Below are positions 26,886-40,179 of a DNA stretch of 64,000 nucleotides, piece by piece. This DNA comes from Octopus vulgaris (Eukaryota), in the NCBI GenBank assembly GCA_951406725.2, contig OX597827.1, positions 14,260,001 to 14,324,000 on the forward strand. The letters run 5' to 3'. How positions within the stretch are numbered: the stretch's first letter is position 1; the number at the start of each line of letters is the position of its first letter. Position numbers and translations under genes: made by a program. The notes below the pieces were generated by a model, which saw only the letters and a list, made by a program, of their open reading frames with translations, had not been told where the DNA came from and did not search any database.

Positions 26886-28604
26886 ATGTGGAGATACATA
26901 TGCAGATAGATATAAATATTGATTTTAAACAAAGGCAGACACAGTAAACTTAGAGATGGTCATGCCCAATTTATTTTATCAGACCCAAAAGGAAGAAAGA
27001 CAGATTTTGATCTGATAGGATTTAAACACAGATCTTAAAGATTCGTAAGTAATTAGTAGAAGGCATTTTGTCCAACAACTCATCTGACTCCATAAAGTGT
27101 AACCTCATACACACACACACGCACACACACGCGCATATTTATCTTTTACTTGTTTTAGTTATTAGACTGTGGCCATATTGGAGCATCATCTCAAACAATT
27201 TGTTTAGTCAAATGAATCGGCCACCTCCACCTTACCCCAGTACTTACTCTTTGCTAAGCCTGGTACTTATTTAATTGGTCTCTTTTGCTGAACTGCTAAG
27301 TTGCGGGGATGTAAGTACACTAACTCCAGTTGCCAAGCAGTGGTGGGGGACAAACACAGATACAAATACACACACGAGTATGTATGTAGGGCCCTCTTGG
27401 CTCAGGATCCAATTTGAACTTATCTGTCTAATTGGTTGAAAAACCAGCCCTGTCTCCATACAGTAAGCTTGGCCTTTTCTTTAATGGCATGTCAACTTTA
27501 GCAAAATATTCATTCTTGAGATTATCTGCTGCTTTCATATGGATCTGGCCTTAGTTGTATGGTCTTAATTATGTCTTACAAGGATCTATGGATCAGCCAA
27601 GGATGTATAAAAGGCACTGATGTTGGTGCCACATAAAAGCTACCCAGTACAATCAGTAAAGTGGTTGACATCAGGAAGGTCATCCAGCTGTAGAAACCAT
27701 GGCAAAATAGACAATGGAACTTGGTGTTGCTTCCAGCCTTGCCACCCTCCTGTCAAACTGTCCAACCCATGCTAGCATGGAAAACATACATTAAATGTAG
27801 ATGATGATGATGATGATGCTGATGATGGATATTGAATCCAGCTGGTAAAGCAAACGTTCCAGGTTCAATCTTTGGACTAATTCAGCATTATCACCTGGAG
27901 AGAATACTGATTAAAATGTTATGCCAAAGAAAGAAAACGGTCTGAAAACTAGATGCATCTTCATCGGTTTTATTAAATTAATTAAACTAACAAGTTATGA
28001 TTGGACGTTTATTATATTTCAATGTTAATTGACATTCCTTTATACCATTGTTCTGTTGTTTTCCATTGAGTCAACTGTTATTCGGAATAAGGATATTTCT
28101 AAGGTGATGAGGGTGGAGGTTGGAAGACAAGGAAAATTAGTTCGCGAAACCGAGGAGGCAATGGTCTGAAGCTTTTATGAAACCAGTGATTTAGAAGGGG
28201 AAAAAAAATTGATACAATTACAAGTTGTGTTACATTTAAAGGACAGCCTTAGGGAACTTGTTATCGAAAACAGAAAAACCAGATAAATGAATAAATAAAA
28301 GCGGTAAAAAGAAAAAAAAAATTAATGACAAATTTGTCTTAGTCATCCTAAAATTAAGCCATGTAATCCAAACAATTTCCGCAGAAATGCTAAAGTATGG
28401 AATACCATAGTTGCAAAACTCTGTTGACAATGAGTATGGTAAATAAACAAGACAAGCAATCGATATGTGTCTAAATCCCCTTTCCTTTGCATAAAAGAAG
28501 GGGAAACAAAAAAGAGTCCAAACACTGTTGTATTATGTGGTTTTTGTCTCGTTCGAGGACACTGCATAATGTAAGAGAGTATTTATTTATATGATAAATA
28601 ATAT

Positions 28605-28641
<37 letters not shown>

Positions 28642-28679
28642 TTATCAAATATTGTAAAAGTGTAATGCAATCACTTTTA

Positions 28680-29058
28680 TATCACCATCATCATCATCAG
28701 CAGCAGTAGCATTTTCATCATCATTATCATCATCATTGATATTGTCACCATCATCATCATCATCATCATCATCGTCATCGTCATCATCGTCATCGTCATC
28801 ATCATCATCGTCATCATCGTCATCGTCATCGTCATCATCGTCATCATCATCATCATCGTCATCGTTATCATCATCATTGTCATCGTCATCATCATCATCG
28901 TCATCATCATCATCGTCTACATCATCGTTGTCATCATCATCATCATCATCGTCATCGTCATCATCATCGTCATCATTGTCATCGTCATCATCATCATCGT
29001 CATCATCATCATTGTCTACATCATCATCATCACCACCATCACCATCATCATCATCATT
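28680..29058. repeat. (CAT/CGT)n array continuous with an RTE-type tail
   Basis: The array abuts tttaacatccacttttt catgcttg, the same 3' end as family D. Confidence 0.85.
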
Positions 29059-29209
29059 TAACATCCACTTTTTCATGCTTGTATGGGTCAGAAGGAGTTT
29101 TATTGAGACAGATTTTCTACAGTTGGATGCCAATTTTTTTTTTTTTTTTGTTTTGTTGCTAACCCTTACCAGTTACCCAGCTCTGTCCCCAGAATGTAGA
29201 TAGCGAAAA

Positions 29210-29780
29210 TGATGTCACATTTTGAATTGGAGGAAAGTCTTGCCTTCCTTTATTGGTTGCATTCATAACGTGGATATTAACTGGTTGATTTCTTTTTCTG
29301 AAAACCTTAGCTCATCCAGATTGCCACTCGGGCACTTACTCACAAAACCAAAGGCACCAATTGTTATTGCTATAAATGTTAATTTATAATCTGGGTATAG
29401 AATCTAAAGGTTTCAAAGCAGTTGTCCATAGTGATCCTTTTCCTCTTCGATTTTCAGAGGGATATTCACACAGCAGGGCAGCTGACATCAATGCTGGTAT
29501 ATACTTTTCTTGTCAAATCTCCAATACCAATATCTGGCCGGTTGCATGTGCAAGCGACATGCTGTATAAATTTATCTGATGGTGGATGTTGATGTTCTGT
29601 CCAGGAGGATATGAATCAATCTGTCTGTTTCTTTTAATGATGTATGTTCTGTATCCTAGACAGATAGCCAGTGATGTGGTATGTAGAGTCCATATCTTAG
29701 TTTGCAAGGCCCATTTTTTTGCATGGTCTTTATTGCCTGGTTGAGATTTGTTAGGGGGCAGTTCGATCAACAAGCCACTG
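29210..29780 (-). pseudogene. Highly degraded restriction-like-endonuclease non-LTR remnant
   Basis: Broken frames give NRPDIGI and ITIGAFGFV motifs resembling the PD..D and IGxxG RLE motifs. Confidence 0.35.
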
Positions 29781-30125
29781 AATATGAATATCAGTCCATC
29801 CAATAGAGTTATGTTAGAAATTGACAGTAGAGATAGAGAAACCATTGCAAAATAGGTGAAGGGTTATGTTAATATTTAAAGGTGGATGAATGGCTTATAA
29901 TAACCAGTGAGGTGTTATAAAAAAAATACTTGTAGGAAGTGTGAGTTATATTATGGAAACTGGTGAGGAAGGTGTGGGCTAGAGTATAAAAACTAATGGT
30001 TACCTCAACCAACTAACTAAAAATATATCTGACATTCATACACATCAAATTTTGAATAAAAATATATATTGCAAAATTATTCTTTCCTAACATGCATAAA
30101 CACACACACACACACGCACACACAG

Positions 30126-30159
<34 letters not shown>

Positions 30160-30260
30160 GTATGTATAACAGAGTAATATACAATGTGGATTCAGAGAAT
30201 CACGAGGTTATTACACTATGCCTCTCCTTTCTTATGGAAATCACATGTAATCATTACTGA

Positions 30261-30307
<47 letters not shown>

Positions 30308-30329
30308 ATATATACATATATATATACAT

Positions 30330-30367
<38 letters not shown>

Positions 30368-30518
30368 CATATATATACATATACATATATACATATATAT
30401 ATACATATATATATACATATATATACATATATATATATACATATATATACATATATATATATACATATATATATATACATAAATATATATACATACATAT
30501 ATATATACATATATATAT

Positions 30519-30574
<56 letters not shown>

Positions 30575-31170
30575 CGGATTTCTTCATACAGGTTTCATGC
30601 TAGCACAATTGGCATGGTTTATAGTTTTGTGTGTGCAAATGTTTTTATTCGTGTGTTACTATTATTATCAACTGTGATATGTGAAGCTGTATGACATGCA
30701 ATTAAATCGAGGTAAGCTGAGTTATGTACTGTCGGCATGGAACGGGAACAGGAACACAAATGTAATTGTCATATTGAAGTTTATATTAAATACAATTCTT
30801 GATAACTGAAAGGAATGATCATATGTCGAACTGTCAGCCTCCAAATAAAGCTACTGTAGCAGAAAACTCATTTTATATTATATATCAATATTTTTCATTA
30901 GAAGACAAAAGGATATGATACAAAATGTAAAGAAACTCAGTCGTATAACATAATATAGAGCATTAGTTTTACCAAGAAGGCACTGCTGCTGTGGTATATG
31001 CTGAATATTAGGATTTTTGTTATAGTGGAAGATGTTTCTTTTTTTTTTTTTGTTTGTTAGAATTTGTTTTTCTTTTTCGTTTTGTTTTTGTTTGTATTTT
31101 TTTTTTTATATATAACAGAATGAAAATTAATATAAATATGATTTCTAGCACCAAATTTGATAGAACTTAC

Positions 31171-33546
31171 CTGTGTTGAAGCTGGAATACTTTTTGGTGT
31201 TGTCAATGTGGTCCATTCGACTGGTAGCTCCTGCTCTGGACAGAAATCCCTTCTGGATCTCATTGATGGTGTACTGTGATGCACCCCTTCTTCGGGGTTC
31301 TGTGTTATAGCAAAAGGATTGTTGCTTTGAGATATCATTAGACATTTCTCTCGTCCTGGTTGCATGGCTGGATTCATTGCTGCTGTATGTAGCATAGTTC
31401 TCCTTCTGTTACATCTCACTATACATATCGTTATTATAACAACGATAGCAATTGATATCACCACAGCCGTAACAACTATGATAATGACCAAGTTGATATC
31501 TATCATGTCACTAGATTGGATGTGAGCAGCTGTCAACATTGGGGATGTTCGGTTGCTGACAGTTAGTGTTAAGGACAGTGTAGTGGTTGCTGACAGCACT
31601 GGGCTGCCACTGTCTTTCACAACCAACAAAAGATTGTATGACCCGGCATCATTTTGGTAAACTTTTCGAGCAAATGATAAAACTCCAGTGTAAGGATTAA
31701 CAGTAAACAATTGATGGTTTTTTCTATCAAGCATTTCATACTTAAGGAAAGCATTTTCCCGACTGTCTCTATCTGAAGCTCTCAGAGTTGTGATGTCGTT
31801 CTTGCTTTGTGGGTGATAATGAACATCTAGGCTGAACGGGTTAACACTAGGAAATGTGAAGTATGGTGCATTATCATTCTCATCCATGACTTCGACAATA
31901 ACGTTTGCTGTACTGTTTAGTGATGGCGTTCCGTTATCCTTTACTAAAACCCGGAATTTATAAATGTCTCGTCGTTCTCGGTCTAAAGACCGTATTGTTG
32001 AAATGAAACCATAGTCTGTAATCTGAAAAGGAAACATATTGTTTCTATCAATTATGAAATATGTTAGTTGGCCTCCATTTCCTAAATCCAAATCAGTGGC
32101 ATTGATAAATCCAACTGGGAAATTTGATTTTTCATTTTCATAAGTAAGGAATTTAAATGTGTCTTTGGTAAATTTGGGCTGTACATCATTAACATCCATT
32201 ACTTGGATTGAAAATTTCCTCTCGGTCTTCAAAGCTGGTGAGCCTTTGTCACGACAGATAATTGAAATATTGTAGTTACTTTCAGTTTCTCTGTCGACCG
32301 TGTTTTTCATCAGCACCTTATATTCTTTGGAACTTATTTTTAACAGCTGAAATTTATCGCTTTTAAGATCGCACGTTACTTCTCCATTTAGTCCAACATC
32401 ATTGTCAATAACGCTGACGTAGGCAATAAAGCTGCCGACTTTGATTCGCTCTGAAATTGCAGCTGTATTCTTTTTTAATGCAGAAACGAAATTGACATCA
32501 ATTTCTGGCGCTCTGTTTTGTTGATTGATCACATTTACAAGTAGCAAAACTATAGAACTGAGAGGGGGAGTACCTCTGTCTGTTGCTTCAACAAAAAGTT
32601 TATATTTTCGTGTCTGTGTAACTGGGAAGACATTCAGAAAGAATATTTCACCTGTAACATTATTTAACTGAAAACTATTTTTTACAATTTCGGATGTTTT
32701 AGAACTAAAGTGGTAAATTATTCTTCCATTGTCTCCAGAATCTAAATCTGTGGCAGATAAAACAGTAACCGGTGAGGCTCTGTGATGTGTATTCTTTATG
32801 GAAACATTATAGATATCTTTTGAAAAAATAGGTGGATTGTCATTGACATCAATTACAGAAATTTCAATATTCAGGATTCCATGCTGGGAGGGGAAGCCTC
32901 CATCTTCTGCAACTAGTTGTAAAAAGTAACTGTCTTTTGATTCCCTGTCTAATTTTTCATCCAAACTAATCCTTAGTTTGGAAGTACCATCCACTTTCTT
33001 AGATACTGATAGTCTAAATGGTTCATTGTCGTGTTTTTTCAGGCGATATGAAATTTTTGAATTCATAATACCTACATCTTCGTCAACAGCATTTGGAATT
33101 GATTTCGCAGTTCCTTTGCCATGACTTTCATCGAAAATCAGTTTTATCTGTTTTACAGGGAATTCTGGTTGATGGTCATTAACATCTTCTATCGTTACCT
33201 TAATTTTAAGAATCTTGATAAATGTTTCTGCTTGCTTGACTGCAACTTTAATTGTTCTGGAACATTCTGTACTATAAGAACATAATGATTCGGCATCAAG
33301 TTTCTGTGAAGTAAAGAGTTTACCAGATTTAGAAATATTAAAAAGCTGAGAAGTTTCTTTTTGGCTGAGCTGGTTAAAAGTTATCAGATTGTGATCTTGC
33401 GATGAGACACTGTTTAGAAGTTGTGAGTCTGCTGCAATATCCCCTATATAAGTTCCTGGACTTTTCTCTTCCTGGACAGGGTATGCAAGATCAACACACA
33501 TACAGGTATGAAGAAACAAATGCAATATATATACCAGTACTAGCAT
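31171..33546 (-). CDS. Protocadherin (cephalopod-type), large coding exon: signal peptide, EC1-EC6, TM, juxtamembrane tail
   Basis: The 842-aa ORF 31057..33585 has cadherin motifs (LDAE, C-X5-C in EC1, DVNDHQP, LDRE, DVNDNPP, DVNDVQP, DENDNAP, DxDxGxN) and a TM segment LVIIIVVTAVVISIAIVVIITICIV. Acceptor ttattctattttcag| gives exon start 33595. Donor ACACAG|gtaagt at 31171/31170 is phase 0 after ...PASTQ. The second ATG (33546, aatATG, followed by a hydrophobic signal peptide) is favoured over the ATG at 33585. Confidence 0.95.
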
Positions 33547-33594
33547 ATTCCCTCTTGTGTCTGCTGAGTTTATAAGCTGAAGCATTCAAATAAT

Positions 33595-33620
33595 TCTGAA
33601 AATAGAATAAATAATTTGAT
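33595..33620 (-). promoter_or_regulatory. Splice acceptor upstream of the protocadherin start codons (implies an unlocated 5' UTR exon)
   Basis: Minus strand ttatttattctattttcag|AATTATTTGAATG. Confidence 0.65.
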
Positions 33621-33682
33621 TTTAATATAACAGGAATAAAAGGAGTATTTTTATACATAAAAAGAAATATTTTTATATAAAA

Positions 33683-34082
33683 CTAGCAGTTATAGCCCAG
33701 CATTTCCTGGGTTTGTTTTCTTTTCAACTCTTTAGAATTGGAATTTTTGAAAAGTAAAAATTTTGCATTACGTACCTTGTTATTCTCTTTAAGTGAACAT
33801 TTTTCTGGTTGAAATACACCGAAAAATGACGACATAGCAGTAAAAAAATCGTAAAAAATAGGGATTTTCATAGAAAAAAAAGCACCTTTTTGATGTAAAT
33901 AATTTTTGATGTTAACATGGTCCGATTTGAATTTTTTCCTCTACAGAAGGAAGAGCAAGCCTTCTTCTATCATACTCTCAATTTTGGTCAACTTGCACCA
34001 CAGGGTCTCGGAGGAGATAGTGTTAGTTGAAGGCTACCAAACCTGCCATACACAGACTACTTCAACTTTATATATAGAGAGA
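33683..34082 (-). mobile_element. Non-autonomous Helitron
   Basis: Minus strand a|TCTCTCTATATATAAAG...aaacccaggaaatgctgggctataactgCTAG|t: 5' TC, subterminal hairpin, 3' CTAG, A|T target, no TSD. Confidence 0.8.
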
Positions 34083-35257
34083 TAAAGGTATATTTGTTTT
34101 TAACTTCATGGAATAACTATGAATGAATGGTTACAAATTAAATATTATTCAACTCCTTATTAACATTAGTTTCAAATTTTGGCACAAGGCCAGATATTTC
34201 AGAGGTAGTGCGCAAAGCCGACTGGACCAACCCCAGTACTCAACTGGTACTTTTTTATCATCCCCAAAAGGATGAAAAGCAAGTTGACCCCGGCAATACT
34301 TGAACTCAGAACAGGTGAGATGCCACTAAGCATTTTGCCTGGTGTGCTAATGATTTTACCAGCTCGCCCTTATTAATATCAATTATCTATTAACAAAACT
34401 AAATTGTGGATTAAAAGAAAAATTCTTTGATGCTGTTAAAAAAGTGACCAGGTTGTCATGTTCTCTGTGCATAAAAATTGTTCAAGTCAGCATTACATGT
34501 GTAGGTGTCTTGGGTGCAGACAGATAATGCATATTTGGAAAGTGGTAAAGGAGAAATGAAAGTTGGCATGAATTTCATAGCAGTGTGTTATTAAATGTCA
34601 CAATAGGAAGTTCGTGTGTGTGTTAAGAATGAGAGTTGTAAAGACCTTCTTCATCACATACTGTAGCAAAGCAATCTAGTAGGAAACTTCCAATCCAGTG
34701 GATTAGAAATGAATGGAGGCCTTAAGTAACTGACTTTGACTGTAGCATTTAAACCAGCCATATTCCAAAATATTCTACCTGTTTTATGCTCAAAACTGTC
34801 AAATTCTGGCTTCTCACATATATATATATATATGTATGTATGTATATATATATATTTTATATATATATATATATACACGCATATATATATATGTATGTTT
34901 GTATCACAGGTTTCTGCACAGTTTCCATGTATCAAATCCCACTCACAAGATATTGGCCGAGCTTGATGCTATCATAGGAAACGCTTGCCCAAGAGTACCA
35001 TACAAAAGGATTGAACCTGAAACCATATGGTTGTGAAGACAACTTTATAATTATCATGTTTATGCCTGGCCTCTCGACAGTATGCACCAGCTCTATAACA
35101 CAGTCGCACAGTTATTTCAATGGATCATTGTCTCTTTGGGGAATAATGAGGAAGCTAATATTCATGGAATTGGAAATCAAAACTGCAAACTAGTAAAGTA
35201 AGTATTCAGTGTGCTATTAATTATTTATCAATGGCAGAATTGGTAAAATAAGGCTAA

Positions 35258-35808
35258 GTGGTAGACGAACAATTTGTCAACAGAGAATTAGCCAACTGAC
35301 AACTTACAGACAAGACAATTATGTGGTATGGTGCAGAGTCCTGTTGCCAGACATAGGGTCTTCCAGCAGCCAGCCTCTTGACCCAGGTCAGTAATACCTC
35401 CCCCAAGCACTTGATGTAGGCCTCTGTGTTGAGTCTGAGGCTGTGTGCAAATTGTTGGTCAGCAAACTGTCTGTTGGCGAATTGCCTGTTGGTGAATTAT
35501 CTGTTGGCAAATTGTCTGTTGGCGAATTGTCTGTTGGCGAAGTGTCTGTTGGCAAATTGTCTGTTGGTGAATTGTCTGCTGGCAAATTGTCTGTTGGTGA
35601 ATTCTTTGTTGGCAAATTGTCTGTTGGTGAATTATCTGTTGGCAAATTGTCTGTTGGCAAATTGTCTGTTGGTGAATTGTCTGTTGGCAAATTGTGTGTT
35701 GGCAAATCGTCTGTTGGTGAATTGTCTGTTGGTGAATTGTCTGTTGGCAAATTGTCTGTTGGTGAATTATCTGTGTGCGAATTGTCTGTCGACGAATTGT
35801 CTACACAC
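35258..35808. mobile_element. Foldback-type element with a 15-bp tandem array (gg(c/t)(a/g)aattgtctgtt)n at 35445-35805
   Basis: More than 20 units of the 15-mer. Degenerate inverted copies at 35258-35320 (gtggtagac...aatttgtc versus gacgaattgtctacacac). Confidence 0.65.
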
Positions 35809-36588
35809 AGGGTTAAGCATGCCCTACATTATATGGTTGTGTTCCTAAATGTTCTGATTTCAAAACCTACTGGGTGTGGTCAACTTTGGTTTTATCTCAA
35901 TGAAGAGGATAACATCACTGAAGAAATGTTGCTAAGTGTTTTGCTTGGAGTGCTGACAATTCTGCTGGCTCAAAGTAATTAATATTGGTTTCAAATTTTG
36001 GCACAAGGCCAGCAATTTTGGGAGGGTGGGTAAATCAATTACATCGACCCCAGTGCTCAGCTGGTACCTATTTTATCGACCCTGAAAAGATGAAAGGCAA
36101 AGTCAGCCTCAAAATGTAAAGATGGATGGAATGCCACTGAGCAGTTTGCCCAGCGTGCTAATAAAGTAGTTAATATTCTTTTCTAATCTAGGCACGAGGC
36201 CCGAAATTCTGGGGGAGGGGGACAGTCGATTAGATTGACCCCAGTATGCAACTGGTACTTAATTTATTGACCTCCAAAAGGATGAAAGGCAAAGTCGGAA
36301 TTTGAACTCAGAACATAAAGACAGATGAAATATAAAGTAGTTAATATTAAGTACCAGTAAAATACTTTCCTTTCTGTTTTTTTTTTTCTTAAACCCTGGA
36401 ACTCATAAATCCAGTAACTCAAGCTTCTATGTTGTATAGGTGACCAAGATTATAATATTCCATGTGAACAGGATGCTACTTACCACACAGCCAATCCTGC
36501 AGCTATGAAAACATTCCTGTGCCTATAAATGTGAGATGCTTACAACACCTAGGTTTCCCAAGCAGTCACCTATCTAAGTACTCACGGT

Positions 36589-36635
<47 letters not shown>

Positions 36636-37143
36636 TTAGAAGTGGTGTACAGATATTGAATATTGAGAAAAGAAGAGGTCGCCAGAATTTTTGAAAAAAA
36701 AATTTTTTTATGGCATGTGAAACATTTGAGCGAGGTCATCGCCAGTGCCGCTGGACTGGCTCCTGTGCAGGTGGCACGTAAAAAGCACCATTTGGGCGTG
36801 GCTGTTGCCAGTACCACCAAACTGGCCCTTGTGCCGGTGGCACATAAAAGTACCCACTATACTCTTGGAGTGGTTGATGTTAGGAAGGGCATCCAGCTGT
36901 TGAAACTCTGCCAGATTAAAATGTTTCTACAATTGTACAAACAGGTTGTTTATTTATATAAAACAGATGGGTTTTTTTGTTTTGTTTAGGAGAGGAGACC
37001 ATAGTTTTTTTTTTTTGTGTCTTTTGGGGCAAAGTTCCAGGACAATTGAGATAGATAGAGAAATAGACAGACAGACAGACAGACAGACAGATAGATAGAT
37101 AGATAGGGTATGTAGATAGATAGGTAGGTAGGTAGGTAGGTAA

Positions 37144-37232
<89 letters not shown>

Positions 37233-37879
37233 TAGATAGATTGACAGACAGAAAGATAGGTAGAGAGAGAGAGGGAGGGAAGCCCCTTCTTCAATTTTGG
37301 CTTCCATTATTTTATTTATTTCGTCATTTACCACTCTATTGACTTGAGCTCAAGGATGTTGATCTCTCCTAGGATGGGATACGGTCATCACTCAAAGCAT
37401 CTTTGCTTTTCCTCTTTTTTCTTCTTTTTTTTTCCTTTTTTTTCTTCTTTCTTTTAAGGTGTCAGAAGGAAGATAAAAGGTTTTATGAAAATTCAATTAT
37501 GTGTGTGTGTGTGAGCATGCTTGCATGTGTGTGTGCATATGTGAGCCTATGAGCTCATGTGTTTTGGAAATATATCTACATCTACACCATGTAATTTCAA
37601 TGCTTTTGCATTGAAAAATAAAGTCAGGTTTCTTTTAATTTCATGTTTTTGCATGAAAAACCTTTAGTACAATATTTACAAATTAGAAAAATAAAATCCA
37701 ATGTTATAGAGACGAGCATCATGCTATAAATATTGAAGCAGAAACAACAGTAATAGTGTAGTTTTTTTTCTTTCCTTCGGGTGTTTTTCAATTTCATCAT
37801 TTTGCATGAAAAAACAATATTTACAAGTTAGAAAATAACGTAAAGTTAGAATATCCCAATGCTATATATATATATATAT

Positions 37880-38213
37880 CTCTTTTACTTGTTTCAGTCA
37901 TTTGACTGCAGCCATGCTGGAGCACCACCTATTCTATCGGTCTCTTTTTGCCGAACCGCTAAGTGACGGGGACATAAACACACCAGCATCGGTTGTCAAG
38001 CAATGCTAGGGGGACAAACACAGACACACAAACATACACACACACATATATATATACATATATCCGACAGGCTTCTTTCAGTTTCCGTCTACCAAATCCA
38101 CTCACAAGGCATTGGTTGACCCGAGGCTATAGCAGAAGACACTTGCCCAAGATGCCACGCAGTGGGACTGAACCTGGAACCATGTGGCTGGTTAGCAAGC
38201 TACTTACCACACA

Positions 38214-38216
<3 letters not shown>
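37880..38216 (-). mobile_element. SINE family A (internal deletion)
   Basis: Homology to other family A copies. Confidence 0.8.
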
Positions 38217-38252
<36 letters not shown>

Positions 38253-38255
38253 CAA

Positions 38256-38460
38256 TATGTGACCACGCGTGTATCGTTGGAGATTTTCTTTCTCCGTCTT
38301 CCCTTCCTTGGACCTATCCTTTTTCTATGTTTCTGATGAAGAGCTCCGCTCGAAACGTTAAATCCTCCTTCTTTCTTTCCTTTCCTGAGCATCCAATAAC
38401 ACTATACTTGTTCCACGTCCTTGCGTTGTTGTGTTTTCTCTTTGTTCATGTTTGGATTAA
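38256..38460 (+). mobile_element. Short (TA)n-embedded element with intact hammerhead core (38329-38363)
   Basis: gtttCTGATGAagagctccgctcGAAAcgttaaa. Inverted homologue at 40180-40382. Confidence 0.65.
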
Positions 38461-38467
38461 ATATATA

Positions 38468-38972
38468 TCTATATATATAAAACTCTAGTTGTGTGAGTGT
38501 CTGTCCCCTTCGATTTAGATTCCTAACTCCTCCCACATTTTGCGGTGCAGTTTAACCAAATTCGGGTATCTTATAGTCGTGATTCATATCGAGCCCGTCT
38601 GACTATTAGCGCACGTCAACGATGAGTCTACGATTTTAAAAATAATTTAACATCATTTTTTATTCCATTTTAATGCATAAAATGCATCGTATGTCGATGG
38701 CGGCGGAGTTGGCGTCCATGCTCACAGCTGCACCTGTTTGCTTCTCCCCCTTCCCTCCCTCGTGAAGCTGTGGGGAAGGGAGTGTAAAGAAATCAACGTC
38801 GTAATGCGTTGTGAAGGAAACCAGCGTTCTTTTAGAACAACGACTTCATGGCTTGAAGACACCAAAACAAAAATGGGTAAGAAAGCCCGAATTTATAAGG
38901 GAAGTAACTCTCTAAAAATGCTTATATAGTTATTTCCCTTACAAACCCGAGGAACGCCGGGCGATACTGCTA

Positions 38973-38973
<1 letters not shown>
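38468..38973 (+). mobile_element. Non-autonomous Helitron
   Basis: a|TCTATATATATAAAAC...aaacccgaggaacgccgggcgatactgCTAG|t. Confidence 0.8.
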
Positions 38974-39008
<35 letters not shown>

Positions 39009-39011
<3 letters not shown>

Positions 39012-39320
39012 TAAATGAAAAGAATGGAGTCGAACGAAGATTTTAACAAAATTCCTTTACTTTCGACACATGTTTCGAAGACTGCATACTCTTAAACTCT
39101 TAATTCGAAACATGTGTCAAAAGTAAAGGAATTTTGTTAAAATCTTCGTTCGACTCCATTCTTTTCATTTATTCATTTAAAAAAAACACACAAATTTCCA
39201 CACAAAAACACGGGGTTCTGCCCTTGGCATGTAGCTTCAACCGTGTTTTCTGACGTGAATTTGCTACCCAGGTATCGATTAACCGAATTATCCATACTAG
39301 GATAATTCATTCACCTACTT
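39009..39320 (+). mobile_element. Penelope-type terminal repeat with ~70-bp inverted hairpin (39009-39176)
   Basis: Near-perfect arms gaataaatgaaaagaatggagtcgaacgaagattttaacaaaattcctttactt and complement. Related copies at 15091 and 50085. Confidence 0.6.
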
Positions 39321-39353
39321 ATATATATATATCTATATATATATAGATACATT

Positions 39354-39406
<53 letters not shown>

Positions 39407-39502
39407 TTAGGTACATACATACCTGAATATTTAGAGATGAGTATCATGTTTCCAATATTGCATCTACAATTAGAACAAAAAATGCAAATTCTCCGCTTTT
39501 CT

Positions 39503-40120
39503 TTCAAATATTCAATTTTGGAGAGAATTTTTTGATGAAGTGTAACTCCATTACTTTTCAGTATTGTGGATCTTCCCACGAACATTTGTAAAAGGGGAAG
39601 ATTTTGAATTTTCCATCACTGCATATTTCCAGATGCTTCCTTAACAGAATGTTACATAATTCTTCTTATTTAATATGCCTATGTATTCTTGCACGTTGGC
39701 AGAGGGAATTACTTGTTTCGCCCATGTAATTTTCTTTGCAGTTGGGGCAGGTAAGGCAGTATATGAGGTTCTGCATTTTGCAGTTCATATCTGCATTTAT
39801 TTTGAACAAGAATCCGCTCTTGAATTTTATGTAGGAACCACTTTCTAAGTATTTAAATTTGTTGTTGTTGCATGTTCTACATCTCCTGTCTCCAAAAGGA
39901 AAGTTTGATTTTGTGGCATAAAAGATGTCGGTTATCCCAGGACTGTGTGTGTTAACAAACAGGATCATGTGTTCATTAATTTTTTCCTTAGGTGTTCATA
40001 GTCGGGCGATGCTTAGTTTCATTGCCTTTTTAATCCCCTCATTAATTAATCTTAAGGGGTATTTCTGCATTGTGAGGAAGTCTTTGAGCTCATTGAGTCA
40101 GATTTCATACATTTTGGGGT
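39503..40120 (-). pseudogene. Penelope-like element remnant: RT thumb plus GIY-YIG endonuclease
   Basis: LNELKDFL...KYPLRLINEGIKKA, RCRTC...NCKMQNLIYCLTCPNCKENYMGET...RARIH, then HL...FKIFPFYK...ELHFIKKFSPKLN, with in-frame stops. Confidence 0.85.
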
Positions 40121-40179
40121 CAGTCACACACAAATATATATATATACGTATGTGTATGTGTATATATATATATATATAT

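Noticed and set aside
31057-31170. C-terminal 37 aa of the 842-aa ORF as part of the main protein
   Set aside because: It lies beyond a consensus GTAAGT donor and is low complexity, so it is treated as intron.
35388-35982. Pentapeptide-repeat protein or CRISPR-like array
   Set aside because: A pure 15-bp tandem repeat without spacers, open in several frames only because the unit lacks stops. Eukaryotic context, no cas genes.
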